A DNA stretch of 64,000 nt from Magnetococcales bacterium (lineage in GTDB: Bacteria; Pseudomonadota; Magnetococcia; Magnetococcales; DC0425bin3). Within the stretch, counting starts at the first letter, position 1, and every line of letters begins with the position of its first letter. Under the pieces are notes generated by a model. That model made no database searches, had not been told where the DNA came from, and saw nothing but the letters and a program-made list of their open reading frames with translations. Shown one piece after another: positions 34,762 through 44,567 of this stretch. The translations under genes were made by a program, and so were the position numbers. Where the stretch lies: assembly GCA_015231175.1 (NCBI GenBank), contig JADGBZ010000007.1, positions 1,846-65,845 of the forward strand. Reading direction: 5' to 3'.

Positions 34762-35299
34762 TGTTAAAAGTTCTTTGGGTACATGCCGATCGGTCACGGT
34801 CACATCCATTTCGGAGATCGGTTGGCACGATACGGATATCATTCTGCCGGACATCGAGGCCGCAGGCGGACCGGGGGCCGATCAGTGGGAGGCGTCGTGG
34901 CATGCCGACAATGCCGCCGGAAGTGCCAGTCTGATCGAGGTCGGGTCGTTGGATGGTCGGAAGCATAGATTCCTCCTCGATTGTGGCTGGCATGAGGGAT
35001 ACATGCGTTCCCGCTTTGCGGCAGCCGGCGTCGATGGCATGCTGGAACTCTCTATCTATGGCCTGTACGGCGGTCTGCATATCGCCCCCTTTGGCCCGTT
35101 GACCCCGCAGCAGGAGGAGGCGATCGTGGATCTGCAACGCTTTGGTTTCCTCAGGATTGTCCCCAACCACTGCACCGGCCTGCCGGCAGTCCGCAAAATG
35201 ATCGAACTGGGGTATCCTGTCCTGAGGGGCTCGGGCCAGGTCGGTTCTGTTCCCCCTTTGATGGCAGGCCATGGAGACCGGGTAGTTTTTGGGTCATGA
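34739..35299 (+). CDS. degenerate MBL-fold-like protein (C-terminal region resembles COG1237 hydrolases, HxHxDH motif absent)
   Basis: ORF track 34715..35299. 186 aa from ATG 34739, overlapping the previous ORF by 23 nt. GGLHI...IVPNHCTG resembles the C-terminal GGFHL...P-x-HCTG region of that family. No metal-binding His cluster seen. Confidence 0.4.
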   Translation: MKTSVNGDVKSSLGTCRSVTVTSISEIGWHDTDIILPDIEAAGGPGADQWEASWHADNAAGSASLIEVGSLDGRKHRFLLDCGWHEGYMRSRFAAAGVDGMLELSIYGLYGGLHIAPFGPLTPQQEEAIVDLQRFGFLRIVPNHCTGLPAVRKMIELGYPVLRGSGQVGSVPPLMAGHGDRVVFGS

Positions 35300-35383
35300 T
35301 CCTGCCAGGAAAAAGTCCAGTACCCTTATGTTTCAATATCTTCTTTACACATGTCATTCATTGCATACAGCAGAGGTGTGTTC

Positions 35384-35815
35384 ATGCGTATCGCCGTTAC
35401 CAGTCAAAACAAATACTCCATCACCGAACATGCTGGGCAGTGTCGCCGCTTTTGGCTGTTTGATGTGGAAAACAACGTTGTGTCCGGAGAACGCCTGGTG
35501 GAGCTGGCCCCCGAGGAGAGTTTTCATAACAATGGAATCATGGGGCCGGACCATCCGCTCTTTGGCATGCACGTCCTGATCACCAGAAGCATGGGGCAAG
35601 GTTTGAAGAATCGGTTGGCAGGAATGGGTGTGCAAGGTGTCGTCACGTCCCTGGAAGATCCAAAGTGCGCTGCCATCCTGTTTCTGGAGGGAAAGTTGCC
35701 TTCAATATCCGCACCGGACACCCGGTGCAACGGCCATGGTCACGGCCATGGTAACGGGTGTGGACCCGGACCCGGTCTCATGAACAAGCATATTGTTATC
35801 GAGCCAAAATCCTGA
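35384..35815 (+). CDS. NifX/NifB-type (dinitrogenase FeMo-cofactor-binding fold) domain protein with His-Gly tail
   Basis: ORF track 35351..35815 trimmed to ATG 35384 (GAGGTG upstream), 143 aa. MRIAVTSQN...ITEHAGQCRRFWLFDV...VLITRSMGQGLKNRLAGMGVQGV fits the fold pattern. Tail is CNGHGHGHGNGCGPGPG. Confidence 0.65.
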   Translation: MRIAVTSQNKYSITEHAGQCRRFWLFDVENNVVSGERLVELAPEESFHNNGIMGPDHPLFGMHVLITRSMGQGLKNRLAGMGVQGVVTSLEDPKCAAILFLEGKLPSISAPDTRCNGHGHGHGNGCGPGPGLMNKHIVIEPKS

Positions 35816-35949
35816 TATGTCCGTTTTTCGGTACCCCCACCGCGCAAGAGCGTGCATGGCCTTCGGTGTGGTGGGGGTCCGGAAAATCGCCCATGGTCCA
35901 GATTTTGATGGGTTCGTTGTCGGAAGAGGGTTGGTTGGAGAGAGGCCGC

Positions 35950-37542
35950 ATGATTGATCTCCGGTTAAAGGCTACCTGGGGCCATTGGATGGGTTCGTCA
36001 CGAGGAGATGGTATTGTTCAAACATTAAAAGTCATCGTCATTGTTGCGTGTATTATCTCTCTCTTTTTTTCATGGCAATATGATCAGGGACTCAACCTGG
36101 CGGATGAAGGATTTCTTTGGTACGGCGCCCAACGTGTCCTGCTGGGGGAGGTGCCGCTGCGTGATTTCATGGCCTATGATCCCGGACGCTACTACGGATT
36201 GTCCATCCTGATGGGATGGTGGGGGGACAATGGCATCGTGGCCATGCGGGGTGGCGTGGAAATGTTTCGTGCCATGGGGTTGCTGATAGGTTTGCAGGTG
36301 CTGGTTGGCACCATCAGGGTACGGAGCACCCGTTTCCTCATCCTCTCCGCCATGACGTTGCTGACGTGGATGTCCATCCACAACTTCAAGGCATTTGATA
36401 CGACGACATCCCTGGCGCTGGTCGCTGCGTTGACGTTTTTGGTGCGGAAACCGGTGGCGCAACGTTACTTTGTGACCGGCTTGTGTGTGGGCGTGGCGGC
36501 TATTTTTGGCCGCAATCACGGTGTGTACGGCGTGGTTGGCGCCATGGTCGCCATGGTCTGGTTGCACCACGGGAAGGAAAATATAGGTTGTTTTGGCAAA
36601 GGGGTTATGTATTTTATAACGGGTGTGGTTGTTGGGTGCCTGCCCATGCTGTTCATGGTGTTCTGGGTTCCCGGCTTTGCCAAGGCGCTTTGGGACAGTA
36701 TATTGTTCATGTTGTCATTCGGGGCCACCAACATTCCTCTTCCCGTTCCATGGCCATGGCTGGTCGATTTTGCCTCGATCTCCACGCTGCAATCCATTCA
36801 TGGGGTCTTGGTGGGGTTGTTCTTTGTTGGCATGATTCTTTTTAGCATGTTCTCCATCATGTGGGTGTTTTGGCAGAAGAGGAGGGGAGAACGTGTCTCT
36901 CCTCTGGTGGCTGCTGCGGCATTTTTGTCACTGCCCTATGCCCACTATGCGTTTTCTCGTGCCGATGTGGTTCATCTCTCCATGGGCATCTTTCCCATGT
37001 TGATCGGGTGTCTCGCTTTTTTGGCCCGGAGGCCGGGCCGGGCCAGGTGGCCTCTGATGCTGGTGTTGTGTGTCACCAGCATCGGGACGACCCTTCCCTA
37101 CTACCAGGGTTGGGGGTGCCTTCTCAACAGCAAGTGCGTGGTTGTGGAGGTTTCCGGCTCCAGACTCAAGGTCTCTGCCCATACGGCATCCACGATTCAG
37201 CGGCTTCGCCATCTCGTGGTGCAACAGGCCACGGGGAATCGTTCCTTCGTTGTCGCCCCCTATTGGCCCGGCGCCTACGCCTTGTTCGATCGCCAATCTC
37301 CCATGTGGGAGATCTACGCCCTGTTCAAGCGTGATCGGGCGTTCGAGGAGGCCGAAATCAAGCGAATCATGGCAGCCCAACCGGCCTTTATCCTGCTGTC
37401 CGAGATGGCCATCGATGGCCAGGAGGCGCTGCGCTTCATGTATACCCACCCTCTGACCTACCAATACATTCAGGAGAATTATGTCTTGGGCGCTTCGTAT
37501 GGGCAGCTCAGGGTGTATGACCCGAAGGTTGATGGGGGGTAA
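35950..37542 (+). CDS. polytopic membrane protein, GT-C-type glycosyltransferase-like (ArnT/PMT-like)
   Basis: ORF track 35758..37542. ATG 35950 has GGAGAGAGG upstream (530 aa). First-loop motif DEGFLWYGAQRVLLGEVPLRDF is typical of GT39/83-like enzymes. More than 10 hydrophobic segments. Confidence 0.5.
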   Translation: MIDLRLKATWGHWMGSSRGDGIVQTLKVIVIVACIISLFFSWQYDQGLNLADEGFLWYGAQRVLLGEVPLRDFMAYDPGRYYGLSILMGWWGDNGIVAMRGGVEMFRAMGLLIGLQVLVGTIRVRSTRFLILSAMTLLTWMSIHNFKAFDTTTSLALVAALTFLVRKPVAQRYFVTGLCVGVAAIFGRNHGVYGVVGAMVAMVWLHHGKENIGCFGKGVMYFITGVVVGCLPMLFMVFWVPGFAKALWDSILFMLSFGATNIPLPVPWPWLVDFASISTLQSIHGVLVGLFFVGMILFSMFSIMWVFWQKRRGERVSPLVAAAAFLSLPYAHYAFSRADVVHLSMGIFPMLIGCLAFLARRPGRARWPLMLVLCVTSIGTTLPYYQGWGCLLNSKCVVVEVSGSRLKVSAHTASTIQRLRHLVVQQATGNRSFVVAPYWPGAYALFDRQSPMWEIYALFKRDRAFEEAEIKRIMAAQPAFILLSEMAIDGQEALRFMYTHPLTYQYIQENYVLGASYGQLRVYDPKVDGG

Positions 37543-38403
37543 TCAGGATTTATCCACAATCAAAACCCGTCGCTTGTTGTCAATATGCCAGGTTCCCAAC
37601 TTTTCCAGCACAGCCATACCCAGAAGGGCAGGGGAGTTGGGAGCGGAGATGATGGCGTTGATCTCCCTGACCACCACCAGGCCGATTTGCACCGAATCAA
37701 GTTTAAGGGACTTCTCCTGTACCTTGTTGCCATTGGCATGCATGACGGTTACAGTTGGAAGTTTGGCGATGGCTTCGGCATCCATCAGGGTGAGGGCAAC
37801 CCCTTCAGGGATGGAGAGAGAGGTGGCGCCCGTATCCAGCAAAAATTCGACGGTCTGTTTCCCATTCAGGGTGGCGGAGATGTAATAGGCTTGTCCCCGC
37901 TTGGAAAGGGCGATCTCACGCGCCTCGGCGCTGTCAGGCGAACACTTGCTGGAGAGAATGAGGCTGCGCCGTCCATCGGTGGTTTGGTTCCCAAAGCAGG
38001 TGTGACGTTTGAGGGTTCGTATTTCGCCCTGCAACGCCACGATCACCGAGTCATCCGTGATTTTTTCGACGCGGGGACCGGAATCCAAAATATCCCCCTC
38101 CTGAAAACGGCGACCATTGATCACCGCCACCTTGCGCCCATCCGAAGTCAAAAGAAGCTCCAGGTTCAGACGTTTCCAATCAACGGCGCGTACCGGTGCC
38201 ACTTGTTCTTCGGTGTTTTCGGTCGCAGGAGGTGCCTCCAGGGGGGGGGGAGAAACGGCAAACGTATCAGGGCGCGTCGGATCAATCAGGCCGACATCGT
38301 CAGCCATGCCACTTGGGATGACAAGAAAACCGGACAACAAAAGGGCCATCCAGATTGCGGGAAAAGTCCGGTCGCTCACAGAATCACCAGATTGCCTCAA
38401 CAA
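37543..38403 (-). CDS. membrane-anchored retropepsin-like (clan AA, TIGR02281-type) aspartic protease
   Basis: 286 aa. N-terminal TM. C-terminal domain with LLDTGATSLSI active-site motif. Its stop codon directly abuts the stop of the convergent gene (37540-37545). Confidence 0.7.
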   Translation of the reverse strand: MLRQSGDSVSDRTFPAIWMALLLSGFLVIPSGMADDVGLIDPTRPDTFAVSPPPLEAPPATENTEEQVAPVRAVDWKRLNLELLLTSDGRKVAVINGRRFQEGDILDSGPRVEKITDDSVIVALQGEIRTLKRHTCFGNQTTDGRRSLILSSKCSPDSAEAREIALSKRGQAYYISATLNGKQTVEFLLDTGATSLSIPEGVALTLMDAEAIAKLPTVTVMHANGNKVQEKSLKLDSVQIGLVVVREINAIISAPNSPALLGMAVLEKLGTWHIDNKRRVLIVDKS

Positions 38404-38421
38404 AGGGTACAGGTCAAAAGT

Positions 38422-40680
38422 TCAGGCACTGAAGTCAAACTCAAGTTTGTTGTCCCCTGCCGTGATTTGTACAGTTCCCCCTTGCCGCAAATGGCCAAAA
38501 AGCAGTTCATCGGAGAGGGGCTTGCGGATATGATTTTTGATCAGACGCTCCATGGGACGGGCGCCATGGCTGCGATCAAAACCGTTCTTGGCAAGCCATT
38601 GGCGGGCAGCATCGTCCACATGCAAAGTGACGGTACGCTCGGCCAACTGTGCCTCCAATACCAGGAGAAATTTGTCCACCACGCGGAGAATGGCAACCGG
38701 TTCCAAATGGGAAAACGGGATGATGGCGTCCAGGCGATTGCGAAACTCCGGTGAAAACATCCTTTTGATCTCCTTGAGATCGTCTCCCTGAGGGCTCTGG
38801 GACACAAAGCCCAGGGAAGGCCGGTCGAAGGCCTGGGCGCCGGCATTGGTGGTCATGATCAGGATCACGTTGCGAAAATCGGTCCGACGGCCATTGTTGT
38901 CGGTCAGTTTGCCATGATCCATCACCTGCAACAGCAGGTTGAACACGTCGGGATGGGCCTTTTCAATCTCGTCCAGAAGCAGAATGGCGTGCGGATTCTT
39001 GTGAACGGCATCGGTCAACAATCCCCCTTGATCGAATCCTACATAGCCGGGAGGAGCGCCGATCAGACGCGAAACGGTGTGCCGCTCCATGTATTCGCTC
39101 ATGTCGAAGCGGATCAGTTCAACGCCCAACTCCCGTCCCAGGAGACGGGCCAGCTCGGTCTTGCCCACCCCGGTGGGACCGGAAAAGAGGTAGGAGCCGA
39201 CCGGTTTTTCCGGGTTGCCAAGCCCGGAACGCGCCAGTTTGATGGCTGAACTGACCTGCTCGATCGCCTTCTCCTGGCCAAACAGGGCCAGACCCAGACT
39301 CTTCTCCAGGTTGCGCAACACTTCCCGATCATCCCGGCTGACCGAACGTGGCGGAATACGCGCCATGCGCGCAACCACCCCCTCGACCTCCCTGACTCCG
39401 ACGCTGCGTTTGCGGCGTGCCGCAGGCAGCAATCGGCAGGCTGCACCAGCCTCATCCAGAACATCGATGGCCGAGTCGGGGTGCTTGCGGTCCGTGATGT
39501 GTCTTGCCGCAAGTTCGGCAGCCATCTGCAACGCCGGGGTTGTGTAACGAATATTGTGGTGCTCCTCGTAACGAGCCTTCAAACCTTGCAGGATCTGGAC
39601 TGTTTCGTCCAGGGAGGGCTCGGGTATATCGACCTTTTGAAACCGGCGCGCCAATGCCCGATCCTTTTCAAAGATGGCGCGAAACTCCTCATGGGTGGTC
39701 GACCCGATGCAACGCAACTCCCCCGCAGCCAACAGGGGCTTCAACAGGCTGGAGGCATCGACATGGCTGCCGCTTGTGGACCCGGCCCCAATGACGGTAT
39801 GGATTTCGTCTATGAACAAAATGGAACCGGGGCGCTTTTTCAGACTGTTGATCACCCCTTTCATGCGGCCTTCAAAGTCACCACGAAATTTGGTTCCGGC
39901 CAGAAGGGCGCCCATGTCCAGGGAGTAAATGACGCTCTCTTTCAGCATATCCGGTACGCAGCCCTCGACAAGGCGGCTGGCCAACCCTTCGGCCAGATGG
40001 GTCTTGCCTACCCCGGCATCGCCGACAAAAAGGGGGTTGTTCTTGCGGCGGCGGCAGAGAATCTGCAACGTGCGGGTGATTTCGGCATCACGACCTATGA
40101 GAGGATCCGTCTCACCCCGGCGGGATTTTTCATTGAGGTCGACCGTATAAAGCTCCAGAGGATCGGGCCGGCTGAAGCCACCACGCTGGGGCTCTTGAGG
40201 AGAAGGCTCCTCGCCGGCTTCGCCATCACCTGATTGGGGATGGGACTCTTCCGGGGGGATACTCGACATGGCCGTCTGGATATCAAGGCGTGAAATGTTC
40301 TGTTTTTTGAGAAAATAAACGGCGTGAGACTCTTTTTCCGCATACATCGCCACCAGGACGTAGGATCCCGTGACCATACTCTTGCCCGCCGATTGCACCT
40401 GGTGCAGGGCGCGTTGCAAAACCCGCTGCAAACCGAGGGTAGGCTGGATATCGCCGACGCTCTTTTCATCGGAAAACACAGGGACATGTTTGGACAGATG
40501 CTCCTCGGTCTCCTGGGTCAGCCGGTGCAGATCGCAGCCGCAGGCGTTCAGGATGGGAAGGACTTCCGGATTCTCCAGCAACGCCAGCAACAGGTGCTCC
40601 AGGGTGGCATAGGCGTGCCGGCGCTTGTGAGCCATGACCAGCGCCATGTTCAGGGAATTTTCGAGATGTTTGCTGATCAT
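38422..40680 (-). CDS. clpA: ATP-dependent Clp protease ATP-binding subunit ClpA
   Basis: 752 aa. Clp N-domain and two AAA modules (GDAGVGKT, GPTGVGKT). Downstream of clpS. Confidence 0.95.
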   Translation of the reverse strand: MISKHLENSLNMALVMAHKRRHAYATLEHLLLALLENPEVLPILNACGCDLHRLTQETEEHLSKHVPVFSDEKSVGDIQPTLGLQRVLQRALHQVQSAGKSMVTGSYVLVAMYAEKESHAVYFLKKQNISRLDIQTAMSSIPPEESHPQSGDGEAGEEPSPQEPQRGGFSRPDPLELYTVDLNEKSRRGETDPLIGRDAEITRTLQILCRRRKNNPLFVGDAGVGKTHLAEGLASRLVEGCVPDMLKESVIYSLDMGALLAGTKFRGDFEGRMKGVINSLKKRPGSILFIDEIHTVIGAGSTSGSHVDASSLLKPLLAAGELRCIGSTTHEEFRAIFEKDRALARRFQKVDIPEPSLDETVQILQGLKARYEEHHNIRYTTPALQMAAELAARHITDRKHPDSAIDVLDEAGAACRLLPAARRKRSVGVREVEGVVARMARIPPRSVSRDDREVLRNLEKSLGLALFGQEKAIEQVSSAIKLARSGLGNPEKPVGSYLFSGPTGVGKTELARLLGRELGVELIRFDMSEYMERHTVSRLIGAPPGYVGFDQGGLLTDAVHKNPHAILLLDEIEKAHPDVFNLLLQVMDHGKLTDNNGRRTDFRNVILIMTTNAGAQAFDRPSLGFVSQSPQGDDLKEIKRMFSPEFRNRLDAIIPFSHLEPVAILRVVDKFLLVLEAQLAERTVTLHVDDAARQWLAKNGFDRSHGARPMERLIKNHIRKPLSDELLFGHLRQGGTVQITAGDNKLEFDFSA

Positions 40681-40717
40681 CGCAACTCTCTGGCGAAATG
40701 TGGAAGAGGGGTCAGGT

Positions 40718-41032
40718 TCACTCTTTCTCCAGGGTACACTTCAGGGGGTGGCCCTGCTCGCGGGCATATTGGTTGACGATGGCCACCTTCGTTTCCGCGA
40801 TTTCGTAGGGAAAGAGACCACAAACACCCCGTCCATGTTCATGGACGTTGAGCATGATGCGTGTCGCCTCCGACATGGATTTCTGGAAAAAGACCATGAG
40901 GAGTTTTACCACGAAATCCATCGGGGTAAAATCGTCGTTCAACAGGATCACTTTGTAGAGGTGGGGCTCACGGACATCGACATCGCTGTCCGTGAGCAGG
41001 TCAGATTCCGGTATTTGTGCATGACCACTCAT
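40718..41032 (-). CDS. clpS: ClpS adaptor protein
   Basis: ORF track 40718..41197 trimmed to ATG 41032 (104 aa). YKVILLNDDFTPMDFVVKLLMVFF, GVCGLFPYEIAETK. Confidence 0.9.
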   Translation of the reverse strand: MSGHAQIPESDLLTDSDVDVREPHLYKVILLNDDFTPMDFVVKLLMVFFQKSMSEATRIMLNVHEHGRGVCGLFPYEIAETKVAIVNQYAREQGHPLKCTLEKE

Positions 41033-41054
41033 GATGCGGATATCCTGTGCTGCT

Positions 41055-42767
41055 TCAGATGTTTTCTGCGTTTGGTTCGGGATGTGGCGATGGTCGCCGG
41101 GCCGTCTCCAGCAACTCCCGGGCGTTATGGCGGGCCGGGGCGGTGACCAGGTCGCCGGCAAGCATGCGGGCGAGTTCCTCCACCCGGCCAGCTTCATCCA
41201 GGGTGTGGATATGGACCTGGGTACGCTCGTCGAGCGTGGATTTCTCCACTTTCAGGTGATTGTCTCCCCAAGCCGCCACCTGAGGCAAGTGGGTGATGGC
41301 AAGAAGCTGGCGGCTACTTTTTGAGACTTCGGCCAATTTGCTCCCGATACGGGCAGCAACCCGTCCACCGACGCCGACATCCACCTCATCGAAGATCAGG
41401 GTTTGTACAGTGACGGCATCGGCAAGAACTGTCTTCAGGGCCAACATGATGCGGGAGAGTTCGCCACCTGAGGCGACCTGCCTGAGAGGCTTGAGGGGCT
41501 CCCCTGCATTCGCGCTCACTTCGAATTCCGCCTCCTCATGGCCCTTGGGTCGTGGATCCCCGTTGGACGGGCGCAACGATATGGCCACACGGGTGCGGCC
41601 CATGTACAAATCCTTGAGTTGGCGTTCCACCTCCCGGGTCAGGCGCCCCGCAGCCTGTTGCCGACGTTGAGTCAAGATGGATGCCTTCTCCCGGTAGGCC
41701 TGGAGCGCCTGTTGGAGTTGTCGGGTCAGAGTCTCCTCCGAGCTCTCCACGTTGTCCAGGGTGGATAACTCTTCGCGCCAGGCGCGGGCCAGTTCGGGAA
41801 GATGATCGGCCTCCCGGCGATGCTTGCGGCATATGTCCTGGATCAGGTTGATGCGTTCGTCCAACATGGCCAACTGCTCCGGATCCGCTGCCAAACCATT
41901 TTGATAATGGCGGATGGTGTCGACGGCGGCGTCGATTTCATACTGGATGGAGCGCACGGATGCGGCCATGGTGTTCAGGGCTGCGTCCAGCTCCTGCACA
42001 TGCTCCAGCTCCGTCGCGGCCATGGAGGTGAGATCGCTGGCGGCATTGCTGCCTTCGGAGAGGAGTTCAAGGGCCTTGCGGGCGGCTTGTTGGAGGCGGG
42101 CGGCATGCGCCATGCGGGTCCGTTGATTCTTCAACTCCTCCATTTCTCCCACCACAACCCCGGCGCGTTCCAACTCCTCAAGCTGAAACGCCAAAAAATG
42201 GCGCCGGTCCCCCGATTCCCTGGCCTTGCGGCGGAGAGTCTCCAACTGTTCACGGGTGTCTTGCCAGACCTTGTGTTGGGCGCTGGTGGCTGCCACCAAC
42301 TCTCCGTGCCCCCCGAAAGCGTCCAGGAGTTCAAGGTGGGTTTCGGTACGCAGGAGCGACTGATGATCATGCTGGCCGTGCAGATCCACCAGGAGAGAAG
42401 CCAGTGAAGCCAGAGCGGTTACGGAGACAGGGTGATCGTTGATGTAGGCGCGGCTGCGACCTCCGGTTCCCAGGGTGCGGCGCAGAAAAAGATCCTCGCC
42501 GGGGAGGTCGAGTTCCTGATCGGCCAGCCATTGACGGGCAGGGTGGGGTGGAGGAGGAAGCAAAAAATGGGCGGTCACCCGCCCCTGATCCGAGCCGGTA
42601 CGCAGCAGAGAGGCATCGGCGCGCTCTCCCAGCGTCAGGCCAAGCGCATCGATCAGGATGGATTTTCCGGCTCCGGTCTCACCTGTGATGATGGTCAGAC
42701 CGGGCTCCAGGGTGATCTCCAGATGGTCGATCAGGGCAATGTTGTCGATGCGCAACTGGCGCAGCAT
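41055..42767 (-). CDS. recN: DNA repair protein RecN
   Basis: 570 aa. MLRQLRIDNIALI, Walker A GETGAGKS, long coiled coil, C-terminal SGGELSRIMLAL signature. Confidence 0.95.
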   Translation of the reverse strand: MLRQLRIDNIALIDHLEITLEPGLTIITGETGAGKSILIDALGLTLGERADASLLRTGSDQGRVTAHFLLPPPPHPARQWLADQELDLPGEDLFLRRTLGTGGRSRAYINDHPVSVTALASLASLLVDLHGQHDHQSLLRTETHLELLDAFGGHGELVAATSAQHKVWQDTREQLETLRRKARESGDRRHFLAFQLEELERAGVVVGEMEELKNQRTRMAHAARLQQAARKALELLSEGSNAASDLTSMAATELEHVQELDAALNTMAASVRSIQYEIDAAVDTIRHYQNGLAADPEQLAMLDERINLIQDICRKHRREADHLPELARAWREELSTLDNVESSEETLTRQLQQALQAYREKASILTQRRQQAAGRLTREVERQLKDLYMGRTRVAISLRPSNGDPRPKGHEEAEFEVSANAGEPLKPLRQVASGGELSRIMLALKTVLADAVTVQTLIFDEVDVGVGGRVAARIGSKLAEVSKSSRQLLAITHLPQVAAWGDNHLKVEKSTLDERTQVHIHTLDEAGRVEELARMLAGDLVTAPARHNARELLETARRPSPHPEPNAENI

Positions 42768-42771
42768 GGGT

Positions 42772-43680
42772 TTAACTCCCCAGTTTCCCCCCCCAAAGCA
42801 GCTTGGAACGCAAAATTTCGTAATAGCTGCGATTAGGAGTGTGCATCAACTTGAGACGGTGTCGGGCGCGACGAATCAGCACCCGGTCCCCGTTTTCCAG
42901 GGGGCAGACTGTTTGTCCATCCAGGGTGGCCATGCGGTCGGAGTCGTTGGGAGCCAGAGTCACGGCCACGACGCCCTCCGCCGGCAGAACGATAGGGCGA
43001 TTGGTCAATGTGTGCGGGGAGATGGGCACCAGAAGAATCGCTTCCAGGGCCGGGTGGATGATCGGTCCTCCGGCAGCCAGGGCATAACCCGTGGAACCCG
43101 TGGGGGTGGAGACGATCAAGCCATCGGCGCGGCTCGTACAGACGAACTGGTCATCCACCTCCACCGCAAATTCGATCATGCGGGCAATCTCCCCCTTGTG
43201 AATCACCACATCATTCAGGGTGAAGGCGGAAAAAACCTGCTCGCCGGCCCGCACGACCGTGGTTTCAAGGAGCATGCGCTCTTCAATGCTGTGGTGACCT
43301 GCCAGGACGTTCTCCAGGGTTTCGGCCATCTCGGCGTGGGGAATTTCGGTGAGAAAGCCCAACCGCCCCATGTTGATGCCCAACAGGGGCACATCGGCAC
43401 CACCCATATGCCGCGATGCTGCGATAAAAGTTCCGTCCCCGCCCAGAACCACCATAAGATCCTGATTTTCGTGCAGGTGACTTTGTTTCTGGCGCTTTGC
43501 CCAGGTTTTGGGAATATCGATGGCCACGGCGGCATCTTCCGTGACAGTCACCTGGTATCCTCGGTCGAACAACCAACCGGCAAGCCATTTGGTCGATTCC
43601 AGGGCGCGCTGATCGGAACGTTTGGTGACAAGGGCAATATGAACGATCGGGGCGGAGGCTGAATGGGGCAGGGAGGTCAT
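42772..43680 (-). CDS. nadK: NAD kinase
   Basis: 302 aa. GGDGT motif (VVLGGDGTFI). Conserved nadK-recN pairing. Confidence 0.9.
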   Translation of the reverse strand: MTSLPHSASAPIVHIALVTKRSDQRALESTKWLAGWLFDRGYQVTVTEDAAVAIDIPKTWAKRQKQSHLHENQDLMVVLGGDGTFIAASRHMGGADVPLLGINMGRLGFLTEIPHAEMAETLENVLAGHHSIEERMLLETTVVRAGEQVFSAFTLNDVVIHKGEIARMIEFAVEVDDQFVCTSRADGLIVSTPTGSTGYALAAGGPIIHPALEAILLVPISPHTLTNRPIVLPAEGVVAVTLAPNDSDRMATLDGQTVCPLENGDRVLIRRARHRLKLMHTPNRSYYEILRSKLLWGGKLGS

Positions 43681-44567
43681 GGGGCGGCGAGCCTTCCAGT
43701 AAGGTCAATGATGAATTGATGAGCCACGCGGCCACTGCGCGCACCACGGGTTTGCGCCCATGCCAGGGCCTCGGCGCATAACTGCTCCTGTGGTATGGCC
43801 AGGGCCAGATGGCGGGCGCTGTTTTCCACAATTCGCAGATAGGTCTCCTGGTCAAAGGGGTGAAACCCAAGCCAGAGCCCAAACCGATCAGAGAGGCTGA
43901 TCTGTTCTTCGGCGCTCTCCATGGGGTGATACTCTTCGCTTTCCGCAGCTGCGTCGCGTGCCATGAGGTGCCGCCGGTTGGAGGTGGCGTACAATAAAAT
44001 ATTGCCGGGCCGCCCGGCCACACCCCCCTCCAGAATCGATTTCAGGGCCTTGTAGGAACCATCCCGACGATCAAAAGAGAGGTCGTCGCAAAAAAGCAGA
44101 AAGGGCATGGTCAATATTTGCAAATGCTGGACAATCTCCGGCAGGGCAGACAGATCATCCTTGTGAACTTCCACAAGCTTGAGACGGGGAAAAAAGGGGG
44201 CGGCTACCGCTTTGACCAGCGAGGATTTGCCCGTGCCACGGCTACCCCACAACAGGGCATTGTTGGCGGGCAGGCCAGCGGCAAATTGGCGGGTATTGCG
44301 GAGAAGAATCTCCTTGGCCCGGTCGATGCCCAGCAAGGCGTCCAAAGGGAGGGGGTGAAAGGTCTCGACCGGAACCAACCCGCCACCACCCCAGGAGTTG
44401 GGGCGCCAACGAAAGACATGCCATCGCTGTAACATGGCGGGAGACGGTGGTGTGATGCTTCTTTCCCAATGCTCCAAAAGACGTTGCAGGCGTCCCAAAA
44501 GCGTTCGCGCACGACGCGGCGTCAACAGGGATTGGAGAAGGGAGGAACCTCCCCCTTCCATGAACAT
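43677..44567 (-). CDS. DUF815 family AAA-type ATPase
   Basis: ORF track 43677..44666. ATG 44567 overlaps the upstream stop (TGATG), and the 3' end overlaps nadK (ATGA). Walker A WGSRGTGKSS, then LFCDDLSF. Confidence 0.75.
   Translation of the reverse strand: MFMEGGGSSLLQSLLTPRRARTLLGRLQRLLEHWERSITPPSPAMLQRWHVFRWRPNSWGGGGLVPVETFHPLPLDALLGIDRAKEILLRNTRQFAAGLPANNALLWGSRGTGKSSLVKAVAAPFFPRLKLVEVHKDDLSALPEIVQHLQILTMPFLLFCDDLSFDRRDGSYKALKSILEGGVAGRPGNILLYATSNRRHLMARDAAAESEEYHPMESAEEQISLSDRFGLWLGFHPFDQETYLRIVENSARHLALAIPQEQLCAEALAWAQTRGARSGRVAHQFIIDLTGRLAAP

Noticed and set aside
33968-37542. Magnetosome gene island
   Set aside because: Despite the Mms6/MamG-like LG motif, none of the core mam genes (mamA, B, K, M, O, P, Q, E, I, L types) is recognisable anywhere in the window.
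37540-37545. Back-to-back stop codons (TAA then TCA) of convergent genes with no spacer
   Set aside because: Noted as a curiosity with no terminator space. There is no evidence of any functional element, so it is probably just compact genome organisation.
37585-38754. 389-aa ORF on the plus strand
   Set aside because: Antisense to the retropepsin-like protease gene and the 3' end of clpA. No motifs. The minus-strand products are recognisable.
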